Origin: Caldisericia bacterium
GTDB lineage: Bacteria > Caldisericota > Caldisericia > JAAYUI01
Reading direction: 5' to 3'
Length of the DNA stretch: 64,000 nucleotides
Assembly: GCA_963674785.1 (NCBI GenBank)
Contig: OY771555.1
Span: 224,001 to 288,000 of the forward strand
Shown here: positions 25,834 to 35,430 of the stretch, one piece after another
How positions within the stretch are numbered: position 1 is the first letter of the stretch
How the letters are laid out: each line of letters starts with the position of its first letter
Notes under the pieces: model-generated
Databases searched by the model: none
What the model saw: only the letters and a program-made list of their open reading frames with translations
Told to the model about the DNA's origin: nothing
Translations under genes and position numbers: made by a program

Positions 25834-28176
25834 CTAGTTGTATTTTAGAATAATCTCCTTAGTTTCGGATACCCACTCAACCTCACAGCCAAGGCTTTCT
25901 GCTAGGAATCTCATTGGTACCATAGTTCTGTCATTGATGATTGTCGGAACAACATCTTGATTGTCTGGATCGATTTGTACTTCAATACCATTGACTTTGG
26001 CAATTGGTTTTCCAATCCACATTTCAACTGTAGTTTCACCAAGAGTGCAGACTACCTTCTTTTCTGTGGATTCCCAACCTACATCTCCACCAAGCGGTTC
26101 TGTTACATATCTTGCGGGAAGGAGGGTTCTACCGTTTTGGATTATTGGTGATGAGTCAATCTCAACAGTTTCATCATTAAGGGTATATGACTTTTGATCA
26201 ATCTTGAATATTAGAGTTATAGTTTTTGATTCTTCTGGGTTGGGTTCTGGGTCAGGGTCGGGTGTTGGTTCTGGGTTTGGAGCAGGTTCAGGCTCGGGTT
26301 CTGGGATATTTATAAGACCAATTGTAATTGAGATCACTCTCTCATGTTTGTCCCAATAAACATAGATTTTTGAATGAAGTGTTTCATCTTCAACTAATGA
26401 GAAATCAACTTTACTTAAATCAAACTCGATATCTATGTCGATGCTTTGAGCAGGATAGATTCTTTTGTAGCCTTCTGGATAAAATACCCAATCATCTCTG
26501 CAATCTAGTCTTACATCGGTCAACATCTCGCCAACGTTTGAAAGTGTAACTTTTACACTTGGGTTATTTGCAGTTGGGTCAATATCTTCCAATACTATTT
26601 CAGTTGGGTCACACACAATCTCTGCAGGCTGAGGACTTCTGATTTGGAGTGTTGCTGTTCCTTCAATGCCAATGGTGTCTAGTCTTGCAGTAATGGTACC
26701 CAGACCTCCATTTCTTTGTGATGCTGTGAAGAATCCATTGTCATCAATTGTTCCAAGACTGGTTGGGGTGACACTCCAGACTATCTTCTCATCTAGGTCA
26801 TCTTCACTGATGATTCTTTCTAATTCTGGGTATTGGTCATGTATTGTTGCAATAAACTGTAATGATTCTCCTGGCTCAAGAAGGTGAGTTTTATCTGGAG
26901 TTACCTCTATACTTGTTGGTATTGGTGGGTCAGGATCAGAGAAGCAGTAGACGTAGCCGGCGTAAGGTTTGAAGAGTTTTCCATCTGCAACTACATATTC
27001 TCCTGAAGTGCTTCCTCCATTTGGATATGCAACATCTAAGTCCTTATATTCCCAAAGAATATCACCATTTAAAACAGAGAATGCTCTCAGACCAGTTGAA
27101 CTAAGATTTCCAGTGTATATCTTTCCTCCAGCAACGGTCACTTTCCCATTTGGACAACATTCCTCGGATTCAGGGATTTTCTTTTCCCAAGCAATTTTTC
27201 CTTTTGATAACCTTATACTTGTTAGATAGTCTGCTTCATCTTTTCTGTTAACAAAATAGAGGTATCCATTAGCATGTGCAACAGGTCCTCTGGAACTTAT
27301 CTCTGGGATATCCCATCGAACCTTTTTTGTTATTATATTATAGCACGTAATTCCATCTTTAGCCGATACAACCAGTGATGAACCTACAAGTGTGAGGTAA
27401 CTGGATTGTTGATCTTCAAGCTCCCATTCTACAAATCCAGATTTTTCTAAATCAAAGCATTTGATGACATTACCATAATCTTCACTTCTGATTCCGACAA
27501 CCATATAATCATCATAAAAGACTGGTTCAGTAAAACTCAGATAAGTCTCTGTAGGAAAATGTTTACTCCAGTTTATCGTACCTGACTTTGTGTCAATTGA
27601 ATAAACTCGATTTCCCGAACCCTCCAAGAAAACATAGATATTGTTTTTCCAATAACCAACAGAGATAGTGGTTGTTATATACGCAATATTTGGCAATTTG
27701 GTATCCCATAATACGTTGCCTGATTGTGCATCTAAACAAAAGACATTTCCGAACTCAGCATTTTCTTCATTTGAGGTCAGGCAATATAATCTAGCATTTT
27801 GTAGCGTTGGTGTTACATCAATATCTCGATACCCTCGATACTCCCACAACTCTGCCCCATCATTTGTATCCAGACAGTATACAGTGCCAATATGTGTACA
27901 AGCATACAATCTATCACCCTCAACCAAAACTCCTCCACCATTCCCAAAACGTTCCTTATGACTTAACTGCTTCTTCCACCTTAGCACTAAATCATCTGTT
28001 TCCGGAGAACATCTTTCGCCAAACTGGTGACTTGTCCTCCCTGCATCTTTTCCGTATGTTGTCCAGGAGCAGGGTTCAGATGCATCTGTAATCTCTGAAA
28101 TCGGGTGGATACTAAAGGCAAAAGACAGGATAAAAATTGATAGCAAAACAAGTTTTAGTAATTTTTTCCTCCACAT
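25834..28176 (-). CDS. Secreted PQQ-like propeller, Ig-like, BACON-like, PE-linker and stalk domain protein
   Basis: WTTYGKDAGRT, repeated CLDxxxGxxxW, GTIDDNGFFTA and stalk motifs. Confidence 0.85.
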   Translation of the reverse strand: MWRKKLLKLVLLSIFILSFAFSIHPISEITDASEPCSWTTYGKDAGRTSHQFGERCSPETDDLVLRWKKQLSHKERFGNGGGVLVEGDRLYACTHIGTVYCLDTNDGAELWEYRGYRDIDVTPTLQNARLYCLTSNEENAEFGNVFCLDAQSGNVLWDTKLPNIAYITTTISVGYWKNNIYVFLEGSGNRVYSIDTKSGTINWSKHFPTETYLSFTEPVFYDDYMVVGIRSEDYGNVIKCFDLEKSGFVEWELEDQQSSYLTLVGSSLVVSAKDGITCYNIITKKVRWDIPEISSRGPVAHANGYLYFVNRKDEADYLTSIRLSKGKIAWEKKIPESEECCPNGKVTVAGGKIYTGNLSSTGLRAFSVLNGDILWEYKDLDVAYPNGGSTSGEYVVADGKLFKPYAGYVYCFSDPDPPIPTSIEVTPDKTHLLEPGESLQFIATIHDQYPELERIISEDDLDEKIVWSVTPTSLGTIDDNGFFTASQRNGGLGTITARLDTIGIEGTATLQIRSPQPAEIVCDPTEIVLEDIDPTANNPSVKVTLSNVGEMLTDVRLDCRDDWVFYPEGYKRIYPAQSIDIDIEFDLSKVDFSLVEDETLHSKIYVYWDKHERVISITIGLINIPEPEPEPAPNPEPTPDPDPEPNPEESKTITLIFKIDQKSYTLNDETVEIDSSPIIQNGRTLLPARYVTEPLGGDVGWESTEKKVVCTLGETTVEMWIGKPIAKVNGIEVQIDPDNQDVVPTIINDRTMVPMRFLAESLGCEVEWVSETKEIILKYN
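26234..26304 (-). repeat. Pro-Glu/Asp/Asn repeat linker
   Basis: PEPEPEPAPNPEPTPDPDPEPNPE. Confidence 0.85.
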
Positions 28177-28183
28177 GAGAAAG

Positions 28184-28212
28184 AAGATAGCACAAACATA
28201 TAAAGATTACAA
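28184..28212 (-). promoter_or_regulatory. Leaderless promoter TTGTAA-17-(TGc)TATCTT
   Basis: -10 ends 7 nt before the ATG at 28176; no SD sequence. Confidence 0.65.
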
Positions 28213-28224
28213 ACGAATCAATTT

Positions 28225-28252
28225 GGGTCAGTAGATATTTCTCCACTGACCC
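28225..28252. terminator. Hairpin after the GyrI-like gene
   Basis: GGGTCAGT/ACTGACCC stem with a weak U-tract. Confidence 0.5.
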
Positions 28253-28263
28253 TAAAAAATTTC

Positions 28264-28746
28264 TTACCTCAACATCACCCAAATCTCAAAAACAGATTTA
28301 TCCGAACCACTCGGGTCAAACCGTTTGTCATACATCTCAAGACACCACGGAGCAATCTTGTGGTTTGAGTTTGGAAGATAATCCCTGAAGATTTCATGAT
28401 AGGTTTCATCAAGCTTTGATAGATCACCTCTATGTTCAAATACAAGCCACTTTGACTTTGGAACAGTTTTCTTCACCATTCCTTCAGGTGGCTCTGTCCC
28501 ATCTTTTACCTCAACACAGGCGATGTATTCCATGTCACCATGGTAATTCTGCTCCTCGAAATCCCCTACATCCATCTCAGATACCCCCCAGCTTCTCTCA
28601 CACAAAAGTGCATCACTTGGGATTTCAGAGGCTCTTTTGAAAAACTCCTGCCAAAGAGCTGGAATCTCACAATTTTGATTCTTTCCTTTGTAATATAGCC
28701 CAATAACTTCAAATACATCTTGATCTTGAATTCTAACTTCTTTCAC
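28264..28746 (-). CDS. Stand-alone GyrI-like small-molecule-binding protein
   Basis: EIPALWQEF, YIACVEV, FEHRG and FEIWV. Probable GTG start (VKEVRI) aligns with the upstream GyrI domain. Confidence 0.85.
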   Translation of the reverse strand: MKEVRIQDQDVFEVIGLYYKGKNQNCEIPALWQEFFKRASEIPSDALLCERSWGVSEMDVGDFEEQNYHGDMEYIACVEVKDGTEPPEGMVKKTVPKSKWLVFEHRGDLSKLDETYHEIFRDYLPNSNHKIAPWCLEMYDKRFDPSGSDKSVFEIWVMLR

Positions 28747-28754
28747 TTTTTTCC

Positions 28755-29615
28755 CTACTTTACTTTGATCCAAATCTCAAACATCGAATCTTCAGAGTCC
28801 GGGATGAATCTCTGGTCATAGGCTTCAATGTCGATTCCATCAGGTTCATGTTCGCTTTCTGGGAAATACTGAGAATAGATGTAGTGAAAAGTGTTTTTAA
28901 GGGTATCGAGTTTTCCATGATGCTCAAACACAAGCCATTTACCAGCGGGAACAACCTTTGAGGTCATTCCTTTTGGAAGAGTATCAACCTTTGTTACTTC
29001 ATGACCAGCCATGTACGTCATTATGCCGACACTATCATTTTCTGCTTCGATCTCAAACTCGTCACAGATTCCATAACATGGTCCCTCGACCTTGTTGGGG
29101 ATTTCATCCCATCTTTTGTTGTATTCACCCCACATCTGAGGAATCTCTCCGTTTTCATTTCTTCCTTTATATGTCATTCCAACGACAGTAAATGCATCCT
29201 TTTTCATGAGTTTTGGTTCTTTCATCCAAAACCTCCTTCTTGAAATAATTGTCATGAGGTTCAGCCTATGTCTTTCGAGTGTCTCAACAGACTCACCATT
29301 TTTTCTGTATTTTGCAGGTGTTGTTTTAAAAACCTTCTTAAAAGCTCTTGTGAAGGCTTCTTGGGATTCATATCCACAATCAAAAGTAATGTCAATAATT
29401 GATTTATCTGTGCCTACCAATTCCCGGGAAGCTTTGGTAAGTTTTCTTTTTCTGACATACTCCATGAGGGGTTCACCCAAAATCTGATTGAAAAGTCTCG
29501 TCAGATAAAACATTGAAATTGAAGAATTATCTGCAATATCCTCAAGTGTGAGAGGGTTACATAGATTGTCTTCGATAAATTCAATTGCCTGCTCAATTCG
29601 ATATAGGTTCTTCAT
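28755..29615 (-). CDS. AraC-family regulator with a C-terminal GyrI-like domain
   Basis: AIEFIEDNL..GYESQEAFTRAFKK..TPAKYRK plus a GyrI domain. Confidence 0.93.
   Translation of the reverse strand: MKNLYRIEQAIEFIEDNLCNPLTLEDIADNSSISMFYLTRLFNQILGEPLMEYVRKRKLTKASRELVGTDKSIIDITFDCGYESQEAFTRAFKKVFKTTPAKYRKNGESVETLERHRLNLMTIISRRRFWMKEPKLMKKDAFTVVGMTYKGRNENGEIPQMWGEYNKRWDEIPNKVEGPCYGICDEFEIEAENDSVGIMTYMAGHEVTKVDTLPKGMTSKVVPAGKWLVFEHHGKLDTLKNTFHYIYSQYFPESEHEPDGIDIEAYDQRFIPDSEDSMFEIWIKVK
29223..29237 (-). promoter_or_regulatory. Internal RBS and in-frame ATG (AGGAGGT-5 nt-ATG)
   Basis: Sits exactly at the AraC/GyrI domain boundary (Met131). Confidence 0.6.
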
Positions 29616-29689
29616 GACATAAAATAGGATAATAAAAAGTCGAAGTGATTCTTGATGGAAATTGCTATAAATTCAACCTGATTTGAAAT

Positions 29690-29764
29690 TGGAGCCGAAG
29701 AGAGGATTCGAACCCCCGCACCGCAGATAAAGGGTCTGCCGCTCTTCCGCTGAGCTACTCCGGC
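29690..29764 (-). tRNA. tRNA gene with a Thr-like body and non-canonical anticodon loop CCCUUUA (nominal anticodon CUU)
   Basis: GCCGGAG-TA-GCTCagcggaaGAGC-G-GCAGAccctttaTCTGC-ggtgc-GGGGGttcgaatCCTCT-CTTCGGC-T-CCA: a complete 75-nt cloverleaf with encoded CCA. Confidence 0.85.
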
Positions 29765-29782
29765 TCTCAAGAACTAAGACAC

Positions 29783-29791
29783 ATTTTAGCA
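29783..29791 (-). promoter_or_regulatory. Extended -10 promoter TGcTAAAAT of the tRNA gene
   Basis: 18 nt upstream of the tRNA 5' end. Confidence 0.55.
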
Positions 29792-29894
29792 ACATGTCAA
29801 GTCCAAAAAAGGGTGAATAGTTACACTTTCATTAAAAATTATTTAAAGAGTTGCTCGTATCTAGCCGGGAGAAAGTGTTAAACAAGTAGAAAAA

Positions 29895-30479
29895 CTAGCT
29901 CCCAAATATCGTCTTTTCATTTTCTTTGAACCACTGTGCAAATTTTCTGAGTGCTTGCCCTCTGTGTGAAATTTTGTTTTTTTCTTCTCTTGAGATTTCT
30001 GCTGTTGTGTGAACCCCATCAAAAAGAAAGATTGGATCATACCCAAAACCATTTTCCCCTTTTGGTTTATGGGCAATCTGTCCTTCAATTGTTCCCCTGA
30101 ATATCTTATCTCCTCCGCTCCAAGTAAAGGCAACAGTGCAAACAAATCTGGCTGATCTATTCTCAACGCCTTTCATTTCATCAAGAATTTTCTGATTTGC
30201 AAGCTCTGGTGTTTCTGCATATCTTGCAGAATAAATCCCTGGTCTCCCATCTAAAGCATCAACAACCAAACCGGAATCCTCAGCTATCGTTGGTAACCCG
30301 CTTTTTGCAAACATCACCTTTGATTTGATTTTCGCATTCTGATCGAAATTGATGCCATCTTCATCAGGCATCGAAAGATTGAACCAATCGGGAGTAATAA
30401 TCTCGTAACCACCAGGAAGAAGATTTTTTACCTCTTTAATTTTTCCGAGGTTACTGGTTGCCAAAAATATTTTTTTCAT
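29895..30479 (-). CDS. rdgB: Non-canonical purine NTP pyrophosphatase (RdgB/Ham1)
   Basis: ATSNLGKIKE, EDSGL, PGIYSARY, GFGYDPIF and KNKISHR. Start moved to MKKIF. Confidence 0.95.
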   Translation of the reverse strand: MKKIFLATSNLGKIKEVKNLLPGGYEIITPDWFNLSMPDEDGINFDQNAKIKSKVMFAKSGLPTIAEDSGLVVDALDGRPGIYSARYAETPELANQKILDEMKGVENRSARFVCTVAFTWSGGDKIFRGTIEGQIAHKPKGENGFGYDPIFLFDGVHTTAEISREEKNKISHRGQALRKFAQWFKENEKTIFGS

Positions 30480-30603
30480 TTCACCAATTCTGATGTAGTA
30501 ATTCAAATTGTCAAAGTCTTTTTTAGTAATGTTTATTAAATACTTACAAACATTCACAAATTGCGTACAATAAAAAGATAGTTCCTTTAGTCTTGGAGGA
30601 GAA

Positions 30604-33207
30604 ATGAGAAAGATACTTGCATCCTTTTTGGCACTCGCTTTATTTGTAGTTTTGTTATTAAGCGGAATCCATGGAGACGAAATCATTTATTCATTAACAC
30701 TTTTCGAACATGGATTGTCGGCTCACAAAATCACTCATGATGGCACAGAGCGAAGTTTTGAGATTTTCATCCCAAACTCATATAATGGAATCAAAGAGCA
30801 TCCCATTGTTTTTGTACTCCATGGCGGTGGAGGAAATAGCGACAGCGCACAGAAGATGTCTAATTTCTCAGAGCTTGCCGAAAAGGAAGGATTTATCTGC
30901 GTTTTTCCGAATGGGTCAGGAAGGCTCCAAGACAAATTACTTACATGGAACAGCGGGAACTGTTGTAGCTTTGCGTATGAAAACAATATTGATGATGTTG
31001 GTTTCATTGACTCAATCATCGATTTTCTACGTGAAAGATTGGTAATCAAAGAAAACATGATTTTTGCTTGTGGACTCAGTAACGGTGGCATGATGAGCTT
31101 CAGACTTGCCTGTGAGCTTTCAGAAAAGATTGCAGCAGTTGGTGTAGTCGCCGGAGCATTAAACATTGACAGTGAACCAATCCTTCCTGTATCCGTGATC
31201 CAGCTTCACGGGACTGCCGACAATCATGTTTTATATGAGGGAGGTATCGGTTCAGAACAAGTCGGAAAAGGGGACAGAGTAGACAGGCCAGTTTCATTTG
31301 CGAAAGATTTTTGGGTTAATCAAAATGGTTGCTCGGAGACCGCATCCACTGAAATCATTAATGAGGTAACAATTGACTCGTATTACGGTGGCAGACTTGG
31401 AACCGAATATAAGCTTTACACTATTGATGGGTTTGGACATGCCTGGCCAGGAGGAGCAAAAAACCGTGACAGAGCAGACGGAACAGATTGCTCAATTTCG
31501 GCCACGGAAGAGATTTGGAATTTCTTTAAATCACATCCAAAAAAGGGAAATCCGTTGGAAGAAGTCAATAACTGGGCATATCAACTGCAAGACCTGTGGG
31601 ATGAGAAAATCGATGCACTAGCAGATTCACAGTATGACATGATTGTTGTTGATCGGAACGGCTCTATCGAAGGTGAGGACGAAGATTATAATGATAGAAA
31701 TGACATCGAAAGGATTCGAGCGAGTAAAGATGATCGTCTGGTAATTTGTTATATCGATGTTGGTGAGGCGGAAAGCTACAGAAAATACTGGCAGGATGAT
31801 TGGGAGATTGGAAATCCAAAATGGATTCTTACAGCAGACCCGGATGGATGGGATGAAAACTACCTCGTGAAATTCTGGGAAAAAGAATGGGTTGACATCA
31901 TGTTAGAACAGTTTGATGAATTAGTTTCTGCTGGTTACGATGGAGCATATCTCGATTGGCTCGAAATATATGATGATCCGACTGTTATCAACGCCGCAAA
32001 AAAAGATGGGGTTAACCCAAAAGAAGAACTCATAAGATTTGTAAGAACCCTCTCAAGTCATGCAAGAAAACAAAACCCAGAGTTCATAATCATTGCTCAG
32101 AACGCATCAGCCATGGGCAATTATAGAAACTACAGAAACCTGTTTGATGGGATCGCTCAAGAGGCAATATGGTTTGATGGTTCTGGTGACCCTGATGATT
32201 CAAATGTTGAAGCAGACACAACAATTGACACAGAACTCGCAAAAGAATACACAAAAAATCTTAGGGTTTGGCAATTTTACGGATTTCCAGTTTTTAACTG
32301 CGAATATGCAGAAAAGAAAGCATCAGTTGCATTTGACCTTGGTGTTAAGCATGGATTCAAAACCTATTGTGCAAGAAGACCTCTCGAAGAAATAAGTAGA
32401 ACACCACCCTCTTTCGAACAGTATTTTAGATGTGAAAATCTAATCCATATTAATGAGCTTCGACCATATTATACCTTTTGCCCGGATAGTTCTGTAGAAA
32501 AAATCCCACTGGTTATTGTCCTGCATGGTGGCGGGGGAAACGCAAACTCCAAGATGAAAACAACTGACTTCATCGATCTGTCAAAAAAAGAAGGGTTTGC
32601 AGTCGTATTTGCAAATGGTCAACTCAGAGAAAATAATGACGGAACCGATTCAAGGACTTGGGCTGCAGGAGATTGTTTTGGTGAGATTTTTGGATTTGGA
32701 ACAGATATTGATTATATAAACAGAGTCATCGAAAAAACATCGGCTAGTCTTGACATTGATTGCGATCGGGTTTTTGTCTGTGGTCATTCAATGGGTGGAA
32801 TGATGAGCCACAGATTAGCGTGTGAACTTCCTGATAAAATTACAGCTATAGCATCAGTTGCCGGACCGCTCATTCATTCAGAATGCAATCCAGAAAAAAA
32901 GATTCCAATCCTTCATATCCATGGAACAGCCGATCCTGTTGTACCATTTACTGGCGGAAGCAGAGGAAACAGGGTGTGTGATTATCCAGATGTGATGGAA
33001 ATGATCAGTGGAGTCGCGAAAAGAAACGGTCATTTTGATGACCCAAAGACAAAGAAGGTTTCAGATAATGTCACCTCTTTGTCGTGGGGAGAAAGAAACA
33101 AAGTTGAACTTGTAACAATAGATGGATTTGGACACACCTGGCCAAAGGAAAGTGACGCGGGTTTTTCAGCAACAGACTATATCTGGTGTTTCTTTTCTGA
33201 TTATTGA
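30604..33207 (+). CDS. Secreted LpqC-type esterase / GH114-like (MJ1477/TM1410) glycoside hydrolase / LpqC-type esterase fusion
   Basis: Esterase 1: LHGGGG, GLSNGG, HGTAD, GHAWPG. GH: WAYQLQ, CYIDVGEAESYR, GYDGAYLD. Esterase 2: LHGGGG, GHSMGG, HGTAD, GHTWP. Confidence 0.85.
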   Translation: MRKILASFLALALFVVLLLSGIHGDEIIYSLTLFEHGLSAHKITHDGTERSFEIFIPNSYNGIKEHPIVFVLHGGGGNSDSAQKMSNFSELAEKEGFICVFPNGSGRLQDKLLTWNSGNCCSFAYENNIDDVGFIDSIIDFLRERLVIKENMIFACGLSNGGMMSFRLACELSEKIAAVGVVAGALNIDSEPILPVSVIQLHGTADNHVLYEGGIGSEQVGKGDRVDRPVSFAKDFWVNQNGCSETASTEIINEVTIDSYYGGRLGTEYKLYTIDGFGHAWPGGAKNRDRADGTDCSISATEEIWNFFKSHPKKGNPLEEVNNWAYQLQDLWDEKIDALADSQYDMIVVDRNGSIEGEDEDYNDRNDIERIRASKDDRLVICYIDVGEAESYRKYWQDDWEIGNPKWILTADPDGWDENYLVKFWEKEWVDIMLEQFDELVSAGYDGAYLDWLEIYDDPTVINAAKKDGVNPKEELIRFVRTLSSHARKQNPEFIIIAQNASAMGNYRNYRNLFDGIAQEAIWFDGSGDPDDSNVEADTTIDTELAKEYTKNLRVWQFYGFPVFNCEYAEKKASVAFDLGVKHGFKTYCARRPLEEISRTPPSFEQYFRCENLIHINELRPYYTFCPDSSVEKIPLVIVLHGGGGNANSKMKTTDFIDLSKKEGFAVVFANGQLRENNDGTDSRTWAAGDCFGEIFGFGTDIDYINRVIEKTSASLDIDCDRVFVCGHSMGGMMSHRLACELPDKITAIASVAGPLIHSECNPEKKIPILHIHGTADPVVPFTGGSRGNRVCDYPDVMEMISGVAKRNGHFDDPKTKKVSDNVTSLSWGERNKVELVTIDGFGHTWPKESDAGFSATDYIWCFFSDY

Positions 33208-33208
33208 T

Positions 33209-35408
33209 CTAAAAGATTACTTCAGGAAAGTTGATTTCAAAAAATACTACGTCGGCTTGCTCTCTTTTGTAGAGCTTATTATCAAATGCTTTAAGAACTG
33301 GTTCAATTGGTATCAACAATGAATCATCAATAACCTCAGATGGGGAATCCATCTGAATTGAATCTTCCCTATTATTATCTTTTATATTGAGAATATCTGA
33401 ACCCTCACAGTTACCTACCACAATGTCACCTTTAATGATTTGATTATAGGTTGTTTTACAGGGCGCATCCGGATTGCCTTCCCAACAAACAATCTCTGAA
33501 TCGAGAATAAGATTGATTAGATTTAAAGGTACCAATAGCTCATTATCTCTAACAACAGGAGCTGGTCTTGCTCTAAACCTAACATTGTTAATCTTTATCC
33601 AATCCCTTTCGCTTTTTACCTCAACAATCACTTTCTTTGTTCCGGGGGTTTCTAATAAACTCAACATCGATAAAAACAACTTGATCGGTATCTGATTTAA
33701 AGGTTATTCTTCCAACATTCAGACCATGTTCTGCAAGTCCTGGGATAAAAGTAATTCCAATCCTCCCGAAAGAACCGGGTTGGATTTCAAGTTCTTTTTT
33801 TGAAAGAAGTATCCAGTCCTGATCAGAAAATACATTAACTTTTCCAGAGGTTTCTCCGGTGTTTTCTATCATTATCAAGCTTGACTCGAGTGGATAGTTC
33901 AGGGCACCAGTTTTTGATATTTCCTTTGTATCAATCTCGAAATATGCAGGTTTCAATACCGGTTTTGGTTCAATAATCTTTGAAACATCAACAGGGATTG
34001 AAAGGCTTCCGTGATCCCAATTAATCAAGATCTCAGAGCTATACTCACCGACATCGAGGTTTTCCAAATCTGCGGTAATCAAAAGATTTACCTCTTGACC
34101 TCCAGCCATTTTAATATTTTCAGGAGTCACTGAAAGCCAGTCCATTTTTGAATCAAATGTGACATCTATCTCTTGAATCGAACAATTAGAGATCAGAATA
34201 TCTGAGCTTTGTGTATATTTTTCAGCAACAGTCACCTCACCCAGATCAAACATATCGTCACTTGATTTTATCTCATATCCAGCAGTCTTTAGAGAAACTA
34301 ATTTCGAAAGAGATGTTGCAATAAACATATTGTCAGAAACTGCAGTCGCATTTCCAACCGTTGAACCAACTGTTGGGATCTCCCAAAGAAGTTCACCAGT
34401 TTTTTGATCTCTGACCTCTACACATCTCTCAAGCGTTAGGATTACCCGAGTTTTATCGACAAGAGGTTGATATGTGCTTGATTCTAAAAATTTTTCCCAA
34501 ACAATCTCTCCTGTTTCAAGATCAAGCGTTGTGACTCTTTTTGCATTTTTTGAACATAGAAACACAAGTTCAGCGGAAATTGTCGGTGACCAGGATATTT
34601 CATAACATCCATGGATAGGCTTCTTCCATATGAATTCACCATTTTCAGCATTAAAAAGGTAAACTATATTCGAGGAAACTACGCAAACTCTACCAAATCT
34701 TGTTGAGATAAAATCTATCTCAGAGTCTATTTTAGCCTTCCAAACGGGTTCTAAAGTTAGTTCATTAAGTGCGGCAAACCTACCCTCGGTTTCAAGTGGG
34801 ACAAAAAGCTTTTCCGATCCAACTGTTGGTGGGTGAAACATAGGACAGCAAGGCACAGTTTTAACAATCTTTCCTGTAACAGGACTTATTGCCAAAATCT
34901 GTCCAGAATTATCATTATTTTCAATCGCCTTAACAAAAATGAAGTTCTCGCCAACAATCGGACTCGAGAATCTATCCAATTTTGTGCTTATGGAGAATAA
35001 CTCACATCCTCTTTTCAGGTCATACGCAACAATAAAACCATTTGCACAGGTGATAACTCCCATTTCATCAGTAATTGATGGGGTTCCAGTGATAATTGAT
35101 GGAGTTTCAAGTGGAGATGACCAAACCGATTTTCCAGTCTCGTTGTTAAGACAATCGATGGATTTAACACCTGAGATAACAAGGGTCACTCTACCATTTG
35201 ACGAAGAGATTCGATCAGAAGTTGTAACGGGCTTTATGTCAACTGCCCAGTGAACAGTCATCGGGTCGCTACCAACAAAATTTACCCTCCCGGCATTGCC
35301 AGGGTCACCATGTCGGTTTTCTGCTTCAACCACATCTGTACCAACAAGCGGGAAAGCGAAAACCGATACCAGTACTAGAAGTGATAGCGCGATTCGCGAC
35401 AGTTTCAT
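33209..35408 (-). pseudogene. Secreted PQQ-like propeller, two BACON-like domains and a stalk domain, split by a frameshift at a C5 tract (~33644-33648)
   Basis: ORF 33621-35408 ends in out-of-frame sequence (RNPRNKESDC). The overlapping frame encodes a divergent stalk domain (PVVRDNELLVPL). Confidence 0.7.
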
Positions 35409-35430
35409 AAAGTTTCCATAGTATCAGTTA

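Noticed and set aside
23683-26220. Diversity-generating retroelement TR/VR pair
   Set aside because: No reverse transcriptase is present, both copies are coding, and the differences look mostly synonymous rather than adenine-specific.
29690-29764. Amber/ochre suppressor or tRNA-Pyl/Sec explaining the in-frame TAG
   Set aside because: Positions 34-36 are CUU, not CUA, UUA or UCA, and the arm lengths are canonical rather than Pyl- or Sec-like.
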